A stretch of DNA of 63,388 nucleotides, counting the filler, from Rhabdomonas costata (Eukaryota): the NCBI GenBank assembly GCA_019059605.1. It is 30 parts of 30 records of this genome, joined end to end, with 100 filler letters (N's around TTAATTAATTAA, not from the genome) between each part and the next. Parts side by side here need not be neighbours in the genome. Positions count along the whole stretch, not along the records: positions 59,262 to 61,274 come from JAHMHO010006417.1; positions 61,375 to 63,388 come from JAHMHO010006418.1; 28 more parts are not named here. One strand, 5' to 3'. The translations under genes and the position numbers were made by a program. A model generated the notes under the pieces. The model was not told the origin of the DNA and made no database searches. It was given only the letters and a program-made list of their open reading frames with translations. Within the stretch, counting starts at the first letter, position 1, and each line of letters starts with the position of its first letter. This document shows positions 61,253 to 63,388 of the stretch, one piece after another.

Positions 61253-61374
61253 CCTGCAAAAGTAAACCAACACANNNNNNNNNNNNNNNNNNNNNNNNNN
61301 NNNNNNNNNNNNNNNNNNTTAATTAATTAANNNNNNNNNNNNNNNNNNNNNNNNNNNNNNNNNNNNNNNNNNNN

Positions 61375-63350
61375 GGGTCCTCGCTCTGTGGTGCGGCGGG
61401 GGTGGCCACTGAAGACTGTACTGTGGGGTCGTCCTTGCTGGGGATTTCTTCGTCGTCCACCTGCGCGGGCAAAATGCAACGATCTGGACAGCATTTGCAA
61501 AGGGGTGTGTGCACGGAAAAATGGAGGTTTCATGGAGGCCAGCAAAGGACAAAGCGTTCTGGAACCCAATCAGCCTGCAAAGGTTATATAAGGCGTTCAT
61601 CGTACTATACCTGAGGTAAAGGTGTGTGGTTGCCCACACGGGAGAGGATGGGGGGATGATGGGCATATCCAGTGGTTCAGAACATATGATCCTCGCACAA
61701 AATCACACACAACACCGGCACGGCATTTCCATAATTAATAATAACCCACACATACACACACAGAAGCCGACCTTTTTTTTCACAGTGGTGCGCTGCGAAA
61801 TGCTGGTGTACCAGATCATCCCCACAACCGCAATAACAATCCCAGCAATGTTCTTCATAACCTGTGGACGCAAGGTGACACAGAGCTCGTAACGAAGGAG
61901 GGGCCATCACAAAAAAAACTGACCAGATTTTGCAAAGCGTCCTCGATTCCTCCGTTTCTCTTCTGATCCGCTTACACCACATTCCCCCCCCCCCTTTTTT
62001 TTGGGGCCCATTATTGAGGTGGAGAATTCCCTCCGGGCCTTTGTTTTTTGTCACCTGGACTGAGCCGAGAGCTAGAAGAGAGAGAGGCGCTGCTCCGACC
62101 GAGGCCGCACCAGGGAGTCTCTATATTCTGAAAGGGATATTACACCACATCCTATCGTGCCCGTGTCGACGAGGAAACAATTTATTGTTTCCACCACTTC
62201 ACTTCACTTCACTTCACTTCACTTCACTTCACTTGACTTAACTTAACTAACTTAACTTAACTTAACTTAACTTAACTTAACTTAACGAATCATTGCCGCG
62301 CGCCTTGCTACTGTGCAAAAGACGCACATATGTCGAACCCAGCTATTCTCGGATGTGAACACAGCATTTCTCGTTCACAAGGGAACGATTCATAGAACCA
62401 CTTTTGCGACGTTTTTGCTTCGCCAGTAAATAAAAGGTCGAGAAAACCAAAACAATGTATGCAACCCTTCGACACAAGCTGAGACATACTATGGGGTCCC
62501 GCAGGAAGACAAAGCCGGAAGCCAGCACCAAGCAGGTCTTAAAATGTCCCACAACCTAAAAACAATACAGACGGATCGGACTCACTCTCTTGACCTATGC
62601 TTCGATCTGAATGACGGGACCATCCGAAAAACAGAAACACAAACGGAAAAAGCGCCACGCTGTATTGAACAGCATTGAAAGATGAGCCTGGAATCCCTCC
62701 CCAACGAAAGCAGACCTGATAGGTCACTGGGCTGGTCCTTCCGATGATCAAAAACACTGTGATGTTGACCCCGAAGGCAATCACGGCGGTAGCTACAATC
62801 AGCGAAACGACCTCCACCGTGAAGTGATACTTCATGAGCCCCGGGACGTCATCGAAAAGCAGCGCGAGCAAAGTCAAGCTCAGGGCTGTCACCGGTGCCT
62901 GCGAGAAGACCAAGCGGTGAAGCGATGGTTCTACCACCCATGATTGCATCACACCATCCATCCGAAACGCAGCAGCCGTGATAATCATTCTTCAATATGG
63001 ACTCTTTTTATGCCTCTCCATTGTATGCCTTATTAACCAACCGACGCAAGGGCACACAGCAGCGGGCGGCACTGTGACCAAAAAGACACCTGGTAGTGCA
63101 TCAGCTGCATGGCGTTCACGTCGTACTGCTTCTGCTTTGTCCCGGCAAGGATCTGGTACACCCCAGTGGCCACCGTGGCCAGACCCCCGTGAACCACCCC
63201 AGGCCAACTGAAGGCCACCTCTGTGACCGTCGCGATCCCCACTCCGACAAGGATCAGCAGCAACGAAGCTTGAACTCGGGCGGTGTACCAGATCCCTAGC
63301 CAGAAGAACTCCATCACGCAGATCACGGGGATATTCAGCAGCTTCAGTAC
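61375..63350 (-). CDS. Nucleotide-sugar transporter, TPT family (UXT/SLC35E3-like)
   Basis: Phase-0 exons 63350-63090, 62898-62716, 62555-62490, 61861-61772 and 61460-end give ...GVGIATVT...QLMHYQAP...FGVNITVFLIIGRTSPVTYQVVGHFKTCLVL...NIAGIVIAVVGMIWY. Confidence 0.93.
62195..62286. repeat. Intronic compound pentamer microsatellite (CACTT)n then (AACTT)n
   Basis: Direct reading. Confidence 0.95.
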
Positions 63351-63388
63351 CTGCAAGTAGCACCACACACCCACCCACACCCAACACA

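Noticed and set aside
2018-61374. Regularly spaced TTAATTAATTAA palindromes resembling a repeat array or CRISPR
   Set aside because: Artificial six-frame-stop linkers flanked by N runs. ORFs ending in XXX...LIN are artefacts, and no cross-contig gene cluster can be inferred.
17207-63350. Euglenid non-conventional (non GT/GC-AG) introns
   Set aside because: Looked for in the conserved genes (TOR, RPA12, DnaJ, ProRS, pescadillo, transporter); every junction I could verify is explained by GT-AG or GC-AG boundaries.

Overview
This window is not one locus. It is 30 unrelated contigs of about 2 kb joined by artificial 100-nt spacers (44 N + TTAATTAATTAA + 44 N), so adjacency across a spacer carries no information. 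Most contigs hold fragments of intron-rich genes from a GC-rich eukaryote, probably a euglenozoan and most likely a euglenid (inference from frequent GC-AG introns, receptor-cyclase-like membrane proteins, and the ProRS and RPA12 sequences). Recognisable genes, assembled by hand from exons: TOR, RPA12, prolyl-tRNA synthetase, a pescadillo-N protein, a DnaJ protein, a UXT/SLC35E3-type nucleotide-sugar transporter, an enolase with an N-terminal RIIa/Dpy-30-like docking domain, an F-box/LRR protein, an NYN ribonuclease and an OGFr-like protein. Three items stand out. (1) A spliced single-pass receptor (LRR-cap-like segment, thrombospondin-1 repeat, TM helix) whose cytoplasmic part resembles a mono-ADP-ribosyltransferase; it is not visible in the ORF track. 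(2) An intronless Pif1-family helicase fused to a C-terminal GIY-YIG nuclease, a Helitron-like mobile element candidate. (3) An AT-rich contig encoding part of a virus-like fibre protein. Contig ends carry G/T-rich (5') and A/C-rich (3') tails suggestive of whole-genome-amplification primers. All family assignments come from motif recognition by eye; no searches were run.
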